From assembly GCA_964014485.1 (NCBI GenBank), contig CAXHAT010000022.1:1-56212 (forward strand): a stretch of DNA of 56,212 nucleotides. The letters run 5' to 3'. The position numbers and the translations under genes were made by a program. Origin of the DNA: an uncultured Deferribacteres bacterium. Its GTDB lineage: Bacteria; Zhuqueibacterota; Zhuqueibacteria; Zhuqueibacterales; Geothermadaptataceae. Below the pieces are notes generated by a model. The model searched no databases. It was not told the origin of the DNA and saw nothing but the letters and a program-made list of their open reading frames with translations. Each line of letters starts with the position of its first letter. The stretch's first letter is position 1. Shown in pieces: positions 47,568 through 56,212 of this stretch.

Positions 47568-48083
47568 ATGCCGATGAATGCAAAATTCGAGATTAGAGCC
47601 GGTGTGCCGGTTGATTTGCCGTCGATTTGGGCGATTGAAGCGTCGAATCAAAATAAAACCTGGACGCAGGCGCAATTTCGAGATGCGCTGGAGCCAAGCG
47701 CCAATCGACTCGCTTTGGTCGCTTTAGAAAGCTTGCAAAAGACAGCGATTGGCTTTATTTTCGCGCACTTCGCTGCAGACGAGATCGAAATTTTAAATAT
47801 AGCGGTACATCCGAGCGCAAGAAGGCGCGGCGTTGCGAATTTGTTATGCCAAGAACTGTTCGCCGCCGGAGAACGACGCGCTTGCCGCCAAATTTTTTTA
47901 GAAGTTAGACAGAGCAATTCCGGAGCCCGCGCTTTTTACGAAAACGCCGGGTTCAAAATCAGCGGCGTCCGCAAGAACTACTACCGAGACAATGGTGAAG
48001 ACGCTTTGCTGATGATGAGGAGACTTGACAATTTGTCGAAGGGAGAATCATGGACTGGTTTAAAAGAGCAACGCAAGGGCTGA
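47568..48083 (+). CDS. rimI: Ribosomal protein S18 alanine N-acetyltransferase (GNAT)
   Basis: ILNIAVHP..RRRG, LEVRQSN..A..FY...GF...RKNYY...EDA; follows tsaB. Confidence 0.9.
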   Translation: MPMNAKFEIRAGVPVDLPSIWAIEASNQNKTWTQAQFRDALEPSANRLALVALESLQKTAIGFIFAHFAADEIEILNIAVHPSARRRGVANLLCQELFAAGERRACRQIFLEVRQSNSGARAFYENAGFKISGVRKNYYRDNGEDALLMMRRLDNLSKGESWTGLKEQRKG

Positions 48084-48991
48084 CCCCGCAGAAGAAAAAA
48101 GAACTGCCGGATTTGTGGATCAAGTGCCCGGCCTGCGACGAAATTATTTTTAAACGCGAGCTTGAGAAACAGCATTCGGTCTGTTCAAAATGCAAGCATC
48201 ACTTTACAATTCCCGCGAAGGGCTACATCGGGATGCTGGCGGATGAAGATTCCTTTCAGGAAGCTTTCGAAGAGCTGTCACCCAAGGACTTTTTGAAATT
48301 TCGTGCGAAAAAGAAATACGCCGACCAGCTCAAGGACGCGACGAAGAAAACCGGCGCGAAAGACGCAATTATCGCTGGAGCCTGCACGCTGAACAACAGG
48401 CGCGTGATGCTGTGCGTGATGGATTTTTCGTTTATCGGCGGCAGCATGGGCTCCGTCGTCGGGGAGAAAATTGCGCTGGCGATTGACCAAGCGATTGCGG
48501 AAAAAAGAGCTTTACTCATCGTTTCAGCCTCAGGCGGCGCAAGAATGATGGAAGGTGCAATAAGCTTGATGCAAATGGCCAAGACTTCGGCGCGGCTCGT
48601 CCGCCTCGATGAAGCCGGATTGCCCTTTATTTCAATTTTAACCAATCCAACGACCGGCGGCGTCACCGCAAGCTACGCCATGCTTGGAGACGTGAACATT
48701 GCAGAACCCGGCGCTTTGATCGGATTTGCCGGGCCGCGGGTGATCAAGCGAACTATTGGCGAAGAATTACCGGAAGGCTTTCAAACCTCTGAATTCTTGC
48801 TGGAGCACGGTTTTATCGATGCGATTGTGGAACGCGCGGAAATGAAAGAAACGATCTCCCATATTTTGGACGTGTTCTGCGACGACGACAGTTTTGAAGA
48901 GCAGCTTAACGGCGCTATTGACGCAGCAAAGCTTGCGGAGATTTCAGCAGCGGGTAATTTCGAAGCGCCGGAACCGGAAGAGAGCAATTAG
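48050..48991 (+). CDS. accD: Acetyl-CoA carboxylase carboxyltransferase beta subunit
   Basis: LWIKCPAC...CSKC zinc finger, GGSMG, SGGARM, PTTGGVTAS, FAGPRVI. Confidence 0.97.
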   Translation: MDWFKRATQGLTPQKKKELPDLWIKCPACDEIIFKRELEKQHSVCSKCKHHFTIPAKGYIGMLADEDSFQEAFEELSPKDFLKFRAKKKYADQLKDATKKTGAKDAIIAGACTLNNRRVMLCVMDFSFIGGSMGSVVGEKIALAIDQAIAEKRALLIVSASGGARMMEGAISLMQMAKTSARLVRLDEAGLPFISILTNPTTGGVTASYAMLGDVNIAEPGALIGFAGPRVIKRTIGEELPEGFQTSEFLLEHGFIDAIVERAEMKETISHILDVFCDDDSFEEQLNGAIDAAKLAEISAAGNFEAPEPEESN

Positions 48992-48994
48992 TTT

Positions 48995-49756
48995 ATGCCG
49001 AAAATTTTGCTGACCAATGACGACGGTATTGAAGCGCCGGGATTGTTTGCGCTTTACCAAGCGATGCGCGAAAAGGGGGACGTTGTCGTTGTCGCGCCGG
49101 ACAGGGAGCGCAGCGGAACCGGCCACGGCATTACGCTGACCAAGCCCTTGCGTTACTCGCGCGTCGATAAACACGGCGAGTTTTACGGCTATTCGGTGAA
49201 CGGCACGCCGGTTGATTGTGTGAAAATTGCTGAACACGCCATTCTCAAAGGCAAGCCAGATATGATCATTTCCGGCATAAACCTTGGATCAAACACTGGC
49301 GTCAACACAATTTATTCAGGAACCGTCGCGGCCGCTTTGGAAGGCGCCGTTCTAGAAGTCCCTTCGTTCGCCATTTCGCTAACGACTTTTGAAAATCCGC
49401 ATTTTGAGACGGCGGCCAACTTTGCCGCCCGTTTTTTTTCTATCTTGCTTGAAAGCAATCTCCCGACAAACCTGACTTACAATATCAATGTGCCGAATCT
49501 GCCAGAATCCGAGATAAAGGGCGTTCGAATAACGCGGCAAGGGGCGTCAACGTATGATGATCATTACGAGCACCGTCGTGATCCGCGCGGGCAAGAATAT
49601 TTTTGGCTAACTGGAGAACGCGTTACTTTCCACGAAGACGGCGAGACCGATGACGGCGCTATTGACAAGAGTTGCATCGCCGTCACGCCGATACAATTCG
49701 ACCTTACGGCTCACCACATGATCGACCGGATAAAATCGTGGGAATCGATTTTTTAA
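48995..49756 (+). CDS. surE: 5'/3'-nucleotidase SurE
   Basis: ILLTNDDG, GTPVDCV, SGINLGSN, YSGTVAAA. Confidence 0.97.
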   Translation: MPKILLTNDDGIEAPGLFALYQAMREKGDVVVVAPDRERSGTGHGITLTKPLRYSRVDKHGEFYGYSVNGTPVDCVKIAEHAILKGKPDMIISGINLGSNTGVNTIYSGTVAAALEGAVLEVPSFAISLTTFENPHFETAANFAARFFSILLESNLPTNLTYNINVPNLPESEIKGVRITRQGASTYDDHYEHRRDPRGQEYFWLTGERVTFHEDGETDDGAIDKSCIAVTPIQFDLTAHHMIDRIKSWESIF

Positions 49757-49870
49757 CGGCCGCGATGATTGCTGCACGCCCTCTTAAATTCCATCCACGA
49801 GCCCCTTCGCGCACTTTTTCAATTGATCCGACAAAAATGAAAAACTGTATTTTAGCAGGATGACGAAAAC

Positions 49871-51412
49871 ATGCACTCTGAAAGTATTCTTATTTTGGAC
49901 TTCGGGTCGCAATACACGCAATTGATTGCGCGCAAAGTTCGCGAGCTTGGCGTTTACAGCGAGATCAAGCCTTACAATGTTGCGTTTGAGAAAATCGGAG
50001 AGATGGCGCCGAAGGGAATCATTTTTTCCGGCGGCCCGGAGAGCGTGTACGACGAAAACGCGCCTTGGCCGGATTCTCGCGTTTTTGAGCTCGATGTTCC
50101 GATTTTGGGCGTCTGCTACGGTTTGCAGCTTCTGGCGCACCGCGCAGGAGCGCAGGTGGCGGAAAGCAGCCATCGCGAGTTTGGACTGGCGTATTTACAT
50201 TTAACCGATCACAATCCGCTGTTCAAAGGCGTTTCGGAAAAGACGCAGGTTTGGATGAGTCACGGGGATTCGGTTAAGGAACTGCCGAACGGATATTCCG
50301 TGTTCGCTTCAACGGAGAACGCCCCGTTTGCCGCGTTTGCCAACGTCGAGAAAAAACGTTACGGCATTCAGTTTCACCCCGAAGTGGCGCATAGCCTGGA
50401 AGGCAAGACAGTTCTTAATAATTTCGTCAAAGACATTTGCGGATGTTCCGATTCATGGACGCCGCAGAATTTTGTCAAAGAAAGCGTGGCTCACATTCGG
50501 GAAACCGTCGGAGACAAACACGCCATTTGCGCCCTTTCCGGCGGCGTAGATTCAGCCGTGGCGGCGGCGCTTATGCACGAAGCCATTGGCGAACGTTTGC
50601 ATTGCGTTTTTGTCGATACAGGACTTTTGAGAAAGGGTGAAGCGGCGCAAGTGAGCGAACGCTTTGCCAAATTTTTTGGCGGCAGTTTTACCGTCGTCGA
50701 CGCTTCGGAGCGGTTTTTTAAACAATTGCGCGGCGTTACCGATCCTGAGGTTAAACGTAAGCGCATTGGCGCGGAGTTTATCAATGTTTTTGAGCAGAAA
50801 GCGAGGAAGTTGGAGCATGTCGATTTTCTGGTGCAAGGCACGCTTTATCCGGACGTGATCGAGAGCGTTTCGCCGCAAGGCGGGCCGTCAGTCACGATAA
50901 AATCGCATCACAATGTCGGCGGATTGCCGGAAAAATTGGCTCTAAAATTGGTTGAGCCGCTGCGCGAATTGTTTAAAGACGAAGTGCGCGAAGTCGGGCG
51001 CGCGATCGGGCTGCCTGAAGATGTTTTGATGCGTCACCCCTTTCCAGGCCCCGGCTTGGCGGTTCGGATTTTGGGCGAAATTACCCCGGATCGCGTTGCA
51101 CGATTGCAGGAAGCGGACGACATTTTTATTCGCGCACTGCACGACAGCGGCTGCTACAACGACGTTTGGCAAGCCTTCGCCGTTTTGCTTCCCATTCAAA
51201 CCGTCGGTGTGATGGGCGACAATCGGACGTACGAGAACGCAATTGCTTTGCGCACTGTGACAAGCGTCGACGGCATGACCGCCGATTGGGGGCGTTTGCC
51301 GAACGAGTTGCTGGCGGAGGTTTCTAATCGAATCATCAACAAAGTTCGGGGGATCAACCGCGTTGTTTATGACATTAGCTCCAAGCCGCCGGCGACGATT
51401 GAGTGGGAGTAA
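49871..51412 (+). CDS. guaA: GMP synthase (glutamine-hydrolysing)
   Basis: [41 protein letters not shown]. Confidence 0.98.
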   Translation: MHSESILILDFGSQYTQLIARKVRELGVYSEIKPYNVAFEKIGEMAPKGIIFSGGPESVYDENAPWPDSRVFELDVPILGVCYGLQLLAHRAGAQVAESSHREFGLAYLHLTDHNPLFKGVSEKTQVWMSHGDSVKELPNGYSVFASTENAPFAAFANVEKKRYGIQFHPEVAHSLEGKTVLNNFVKDICGCSDSWTPQNFVKESVAHIRETVGDKHAICALSGGVDSAVAAALMHEAIGERLHCVFVDTGLLRKGEAAQVSERFAKFFGGSFTVVDASERFFKQLRGVTDPEVKRKRIGAEFINVFEQKARKLEHVDFLVQGTLYPDVIESVSPQGGPSVTIKSHHNVGGLPEKLALKLVEPLRELFKDEVREVGRAIGLPEDVLMRHPFPGPGLAVRILGEITPDRVARLQEADDIFIRALHDSGCYNDVWQAFAVLLPIQTVGVMGDNRTYENAIALRTVTSVDGMTADWGRLPNELLAEVSNRIINKVRGINRVVYDISSKPPATIEWE

Positions 51413-51500
51413 TGAAAAGGCTTGCGTTTTTCGTAGCGGCAAACTTACTTTGGCTCGCCAAAATCACGTTCAGGATGACTTTTGAGGAGAGGTCGGGAAT

Positions 51501-53333
51501 ATGTGTGGAATCGTCGGATATGTTGGATTTAGGAAAAGCGTTCCAATACTCATCAACGGTTTAAAGCGGCTGGAATATCGCGGTTATGACTCAGCCGGCG
51601 TTGCATTAATTGAAAAAGGCGGGATGCTGATCAACAAGCACCCCGGCAAAATTTCCGAGCTGGAAGGGGCGTTTCACAACGGCGGCTACAATGCGACCAC
51701 TGGCATTGGCCATACGCGTTGGGCGACGCACGGCGTGCCCAATCAAGTCAACGCCCACCCTCACATGGGCGGAGAAGGCGACGTTGCGCTGATTCATAAC
51801 GGCATCATCGAGAATTACGCATCGATTCGCAAAGAATTGGAAAAGAAAGGACGGCGTTTCATTAGCGAAACGGATACGGAAACGCTCGTCCAATTAATCG
51901 AAGAATTCTATACCGCAACAACGCCGTTGGAAAAGGCGGTGCGTATTGCGCTTTCACAGGTTGAGGGCGCTTACGGCATAGCCGTCGTTTCGAAGCGTGA
52001 GCCGGAAATAATTATTACGGCGCGTAAAGGCAGCCCGATTATTGTCGGGCACGGACAGGGCGAAAATTTTGTCGCTTCCGACGTTTCAGCGATTATCGAC
52101 CACACAAAGCAAGTGAGTTATCTCGAAGACGGCGAGATGGCGATTTTGACGCAAAACCATATCGAAATTAAAACGGTTGATAATCTGCCTGTCGAAAAAA
52201 CCATCGAAGAAGTGCCATTTGATCTGGAGCGCATTACAAAAGGCGGGCATGATCATTTCATGCTCAAGGAAATCATGGAGCAGCCCCAGACGGTTTGCGA
52301 CGCCATGCGCGGGCGTTTGCTGCAAGACGAAGGCACGGCGCGGCTGGGCGGAGTTCAGCACGAAATTGAGTCCTTGCTTTATGCGCGGCGAATTCTCATA
52401 ACCGCCTGCGGCACCTCCTGGCACGCCGCTTTGATCGGCGAATACTTGCTTGAAGAATTTGTGCGGGTTCCGGTTGAAGTGGAGTACGCGTCAGAATTCC
52501 GGTACCGCGACCCGATCCTTGGGCCGGACTGTGTTGTGATTGCGATAAGTCAGTCCGGCGAAACGGCGGATACTTTGGCGGCGTTGAGAGAAGCCAAACG
52601 AAAAAAAGCGAAGGTGCTTGGCATTTGCAATGTCGTCGGCAGCACGATTGCGCGCGAAACAGACGCCGGCGTTCATTTGCACGCCGGGCCTGAAATTGGC
52701 GTCGCGTCAACAAAAGCGTTCACTTCTCAGGTGACGGTGCTCACGTTGATCACGTTGCTATTGGCAAGAATGCGAAATATGTCTTCGGCAAAAGGCGCCG
52801 ATGTCGTTGCGGAGATGAAGGCGCTGCCCGGCAAGATCTCAAAAATCCTTGAATCGAATGATCACATCAAGTCTATCGCCGAAAAATACAAAGACGCGGC
52901 AAATTTTCTTTACCTGGGGCGCGGCTATAACTTCCCCGTCGCTCTCGAGGGCGCGCTGAAATTGAAGGAAATTTCTTACATTCACGCCGAAGGCTACCCC
53001 GCGGCGGAAATGAAACACGGCCCGATTGCGCTCATCGATGAAAATATGCCGGTCGTTTTTATCGCTACGAAGGATTCGACGTATGATAAAATCGTCAGCA
53101 ACATTGAAGAAGTTCGGGCAAGAAAAGGGCGTGTCATCGCCATCGCCACTGAAGGCGATACTGAAATTCAAAAGCGCGCGGACCACGTGATTTATGTGCC
53201 GCACACTTTTGATATGCTCACGCCGATTTTAACCAGCGTCCCGTTGCAGCTTCTTGCGTATCACATTGCAATTCAGCGCGGGTGCAACGTCGATCAGCCG
53301 CGTAATTTGGCGAAAAGCGTTACAGTTGAATAG
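51501..53333 (+). CDS. glmS: Glutamine-fructose-6-phosphate aminotransferase
   Basis: MCGIVG, LEYRGYDSAG, HTRWATHG, SQSGETADT, PRNLAKSVTVE. Confidence 0.98.
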   Translation: MCGIVGYVGFRKSVPILINGLKRLEYRGYDSAGVALIEKGGMLINKHPGKISELEGAFHNGGYNATTGIGHTRWATHGVPNQVNAHPHMGGEGDVALIHNGIIENYASIRKELEKKGRRFISETDTETLVQLIEEFYTATTPLEKAVRIALSQVEGAYGIAVVSKREPEIIITARKGSPIIVGHGQGENFVASDVSAIIDHTKQVSYLEDGEMAILTQNHIEIKTVDNLPVEKTIEEVPFDLERITKGGHDHFMLKEIMEQPQTVCDAMRGRLLQDEGTARLGGVQHEIESLLYARRILITACGTSWHAALIGEYLLEEFVRVPVEVEYASEFRYRDPILGPDCVVIAISQSGETADTLAALREAKRKKAKVLGICNVVGSTIARETDAGVHLHAGPEIGVASTKAFTSQVTVLTLITLLLARMRNMSSAKGADVVAEMKALPGKISKILESNDHIKSIAEKYKDAANFLYLGRGYNFPVALEGALKLKEISYIHAEGYPAAEMKHGPIALIDENMPVVFIATKDSTYDKIVSNIEEVRARKGRVIAIATEGDTEIQKRADHVIYVPHTFDMLTPILTSVPLQLLAYHIAIQRGCNVDQPRNLAKSVTVE

Positions 53334-53354
53334 TTGATTTTTTCAGGAGTTTTC

Positions 53355-55253
53355 GTGCAGAATTTAAAATATCTTTTGGGAAGCGTTTTTTTAGTCATCG
53401 CCCTTTTCAGCCAAATTTATGCACAAACCGAAAAAACAATCATCCAGGATGCGCGCGCCGACGCTTTGTTTGACCGAGGCGTTATTCTCTACAATAACGG
53501 CGATTACGCCGCCGCGTTCGAAGCGTTTAATCGTTTGATCGTTGACGGAGTTTACCATCAGAAAAGCTCCGCCGCACTGTTGATGCGCGCAAAAACCAAC
53601 TACCTCCTCAAAAGCTACAGAGCCGCCGAAACCGACCTCAACAGATTGTTGAAAGAATTCCCAAATACAAAATATAAAGAACATGTTCAGATTCTTGCCG
53701 GGCTAGTCCTGTTTCAAAAGCAAGACGTTTTCCGCGCCAGTCAGCGTTTTCTTTGGACGGTCGATTTTGCAACGACGAAGCGCGTTCGCGACAAGGGCGT
53801 GACCATCAGCGAAATTCTGATTCGAGATTACCTCAGTCTGGAAATGCTGCGCCGCTTGCAACAGGTCAATTTCGGCGCAGACGCTAAAGCGCTGATCACT
53901 TGGGGCGAGGCGCGCTTGTTGATGGCGGACGGCGATTTAGCGCAAGCGCAACGTGTGGTGCAAAACTTTCGCGACTTAAACGCCTCGACGCGGTTCGACC
54001 AAAAGCTGGGAGACTTGTTGCAAAACCAGCGCTTCGAATCTCTGAAGCACGGACGAGTTGGCGTCGTTTTGCCTTTAAGCGGTGAGTTTGCTGAGGAAGG
54101 GAAAGCCGTGCTGCGCGGCGTGGAATACGCGGAAGCGGAGAGTCGAGCAGCGAACGGTGACTCGCCCAAATCCGAGTTCGTTGTCGTCGATTCGGAAGGC
54201 AGCATGGTAAACGCGGTTGTCGGAATGCAGCGCCTGACGCGCGACCCGAGCATTTGGAGTGTGATCGGCGAACTTGACGCATACGTGACGGCCGGGCTGG
54301 CAGGAATGGCTGAGGCCAGCGGTACGCCTTTCCTGGCTCCGGTTACGGCGGATAACGGACTTGCTTCCATCGGCGAAAATGTTTTTCAATTGACCCCGGA
54401 TTTCGAAACGCGCGCGCGAACGATGGCAAAATACGCGATCGAAACGCTTGGGCATTCAACGTTTGTGACGATGGCGCCGCAAGACGTTTACGGACGACAG
54501 ATGGTCGACGCCTTTAGCGAAGAAATCGACCGTTTGGGCGGCGAGATTTTAACCCAGCACTGGTACTATGGCGTGCCGGAGAATCTCGGCAGGCAGTTCA
54601 AGGCGATTCGTGAAGTTGCATTTCGCAAAGCGCACGAGGATACGATTCGGTACAGCATCCCCAACTTTGCGATGATTAACAAGGACTCGCTTTGGCGCGC
54701 CTTTGAAACCAGGGTGATGATCGAAAACAATCTCACTGGCTCGTTAGCGGAATTGACGAGTCATTTCCCTGTTCGGAACGTTGACGCCATTTTCCTGCCG
54801 GTTTATTCGGAAGATATTAAGTTCGTGGCCCGTCAACTGACGTATTACAATATTCGCGCGCAGATTTTGGGCGGCGAAAAATGGTATGAGCTGGATTTGG
54901 CGCAAGAACGCGATCTGGCGCGATATATTGAAAACGCCGTTTTTGTCAGCGGCTATTTAAAAGATTCCGACAGTTTTGTCTATCGCCGTTTTCGAGATGA
55001 GTTCCGGCAGCGTATGCGCGTCACGCCGGAAAAATGGGAGCTTTTGGGGTATGACGCAGCCCGCATTGCGCTTGAAGCGATGAAAAGTGCCAGGTCCAAG
55101 GATGAGATGCGGAATGCATTGACGAGCAAGGAAGGTTTTTCGGGCGTGAAAGGCGATATTCGTTTTTCAGCTTTCAACCGTGTCAATGCGTCCGTGCATT
55201 TGGTCCAAATTCGCGGAGCACGCTACCAAAAAGTCGTTTCGACCAACGAATAA
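53355..55253 (+). CDS. TPR plus periplasmic-binding-protein type 1 (LpoA/LppC- or LivJ-like) protein
   Basis: Signal peptide, TPR helices, VGVVLPLSG...G, GYDAA, FSGVKGDIRF; GTG start after AGGAG (ORF open from 53334). Confidence 0.8.
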   Translation: MQNLKYLLGSVFLVIALFSQIYAQTEKTIIQDARADALFDRGVILYNNGDYAAAFEAFNRLIVDGVYHQKSSAALLMRAKTNYLLKSYRAAETDLNRLLKEFPNTKYKEHVQILAGLVLFQKQDVFRASQRFLWTVDFATTKRVRDKGVTISEILIRDYLSLEMLRRLQQVNFGADAKALITWGEARLLMADGDLAQAQRVVQNFRDLNASTRFDQKLGDLLQNQRFESLKHGRVGVVLPLSGEFAEEGKAVLRGVEYAEAESRAANGDSPKSEFVVVDSEGSMVNAVVGMQRLTRDPSIWSVIGELDAYVTAGLAGMAEASGTPFLAPVTADNGLASIGENVFQLTPDFETRARTMAKYAIETLGHSTFVTMAPQDVYGRQMVDAFSEEIDRLGGEILTQHWYYGVPENLGRQFKAIREVAFRKAHEDTIRYSIPNFAMINKDSLWRAFETRVMIENNLTGSLAELTSHFPVRNVDAIFLPVYSEDIKFVARQLTYYNIRAQILGGEKWYELDLAQERDLARYIENAVFVSGYLKDSDSFVYRRFRDEFRQRMRVTPEKWELLGYDAARIALEAMKSARSKDEMRNALTSKEGFSGVKGDIRFSAFNRVNASVHLVQIRGARYQKVVSTNE

Positions 55254-55405
55254 AAAGACCGTCCGGTTTACTGAAAGAGAACATTTGTGCGCCAACTGAG
55301 ATTGATGGAATGCGGCGTTCCCAATAACCCGATTTCCGTCGATTCAGAAACTCCCTGCAACGAAGAAGCTGGTAACATTTATGAACAAATGGAGCGAAGT
55401 TGAAT

Positions 55406-55954
55406 ATGGCGCGCTTGGTCAAAAATACATGTTTAGTCATGTTTTTCTTTTCAGCGACTGCATCTTTATACAGTCAGACCGCTTTGGGCTTTCAAGGCGT
55501 CGGCGCCCGGTTGGGGTACGTTAGGCCGGAAGAATTTAGCTGGACGAATTCGTATGAAGCGTTTGGGGATTTTGGCAAGATCAATGATATAATTATGCTG
55601 CACGGTCGCGCCGGCTATTGGTCGGATTCTTCAAATGCCGGAACTTTGCGCGACATATTTGTCGGCGCAAGCCTGGCGTATGAGCTGCAACCTTCCGCCA
55701 GCGCCTTTACGCCGTATGTTGGCGGCGGGTTGAGCCTGCATTTTATGCGGAGCAAACGGGATTTTAGCGATTTGGTGGGGGAAGACGTACCGTTGCAAAT
55801 TAGCTCTGACTCGGATGTCGCGGTTGATATTATGAGCGGCTTTATTCTCAAGTTGGCTGCGGGCGTGCGCTTGAACGCCGAAGCGATGCTTTCCGTGACG
55901 GACATTACTCAATTTACGATCAGGGGCGGACTCATTTATCAGTTCGTGCGGTGA
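55406..55954 (+). CDS. Small outer-membrane beta-barrel protein (OmpA/OmpW-like 8-strand)
   Basis: Signal peptide, FTPYVGGGL motif, C-terminal GLIYQF. Confidence 0.72.
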   Translation: MARLVKNTCLVMFFFSATASLYSQTALGFQGVGARLGYVRPEEFSWTNSYEAFGDFGKINDIIMLHGRAGYWSDSSNAGTLRDIFVGASLAYELQPSASAFTPYVGGGLSLHFMRSKRDFSDLVGEDVPLQISSDSDVAVDIMSGFILKLAAGVRLNAEAMLSVTDITQFTIRGGLIYQFVR

Positions 55955-56099
55955 TTGACGTTTCTGAGAATTGTGTTCGTTCTAACGGAAAATCAAATCT
56001 AAACGCTTAGTGACTTGGCTGTGGGTCTCGGCGTGTAAAACTTCAGTTTCGCACATTGAATCTATGGCATTGGGAGCGTCCCCCAAAAATATTTACAAA

Positions 56100-56212
56100 C
56101 TGATGTTACGCGCCAGCTATGAAGCCAAAGAAACTCCTGTTAAAGTCATTCCCGCGCAGGCGCACGCGCGATAAAAAGAATGTGGATAACTCAAATCAGT
56201 CCCAGCGGGACG
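56100..56212. mobile_element. Probable left end of a second MITE copy, cut off by the window end
   Basis: CTGATGTTACGCGC (13/14 identical to the TIR at 36211), followed by REP-like gtcattcccgcgcaggcg (56145-56162). Confidence 0.5.

Noticed and set aside
51413..51500. glmS ribozyme upstream of glmS
   Set aside because: The spacer is only 88 nt and shows no recognisable ribozyme core.
56181..56189. Perfect DnaA box (TGTGGATAA) suggesting oriC
   Set aside because: Single copy inside a repeat-rich end, with no box cluster and no dnaA/dnaN context visible.

Overview
A 56.2 kb bacterial chromosomal segment, probably from a metagenome assembly: a Nextera adapter remnant lies at 12-45 and both ends of the window fall in repeats. 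Gene content points to an FCB-superphylum lineage such as KSB1, Calditrichota or Ignavibacteria (inference). The indicators are a T9SS/FlgD-type sorting domain, porX-tsaE synteny and a short region-1.1-less sigma70. Housekeeping blocks are sigma70-priA, tRNA-Leu(TAG)-tig-clpP-clpX-lon-engB-aminotransferase-serA, and porX-tsaE-tsaB-rimI-accD-surE-guaA-glmS. Signalling and envelope genes include an S8 protease, an SBP plus Cache histidine kinase, a phosphoesterase-mglB-mglA-roadblock operon, an NtrC-type regulator, a TonB receptor, an Omp85 protein, and a four-gene cluster (secreted protein, FecR, beta-barrel, CHASE2 adenylate cyclase). The main unexplained structures are four. (1) Two matching dyads (CANNTTACTA-N4-TAGTAANATG) lie 137 bp apart around helically phased direct repeats upstream of dinD. 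(2) A DUF433/PIN toxin-antitoxin cassette is bracketed by a duplicated 30-bp promoter. (3) A 243-bp MITE has 14-bp TIRs, a 7-bp target duplication and nested REP-like hairpins. (4) At least six families of intergenic palindromic repeats occur. No CRISPR array, rRNA, transposase or integrase was seen. All protein calls come from motif recognition by eye; no searches were run.
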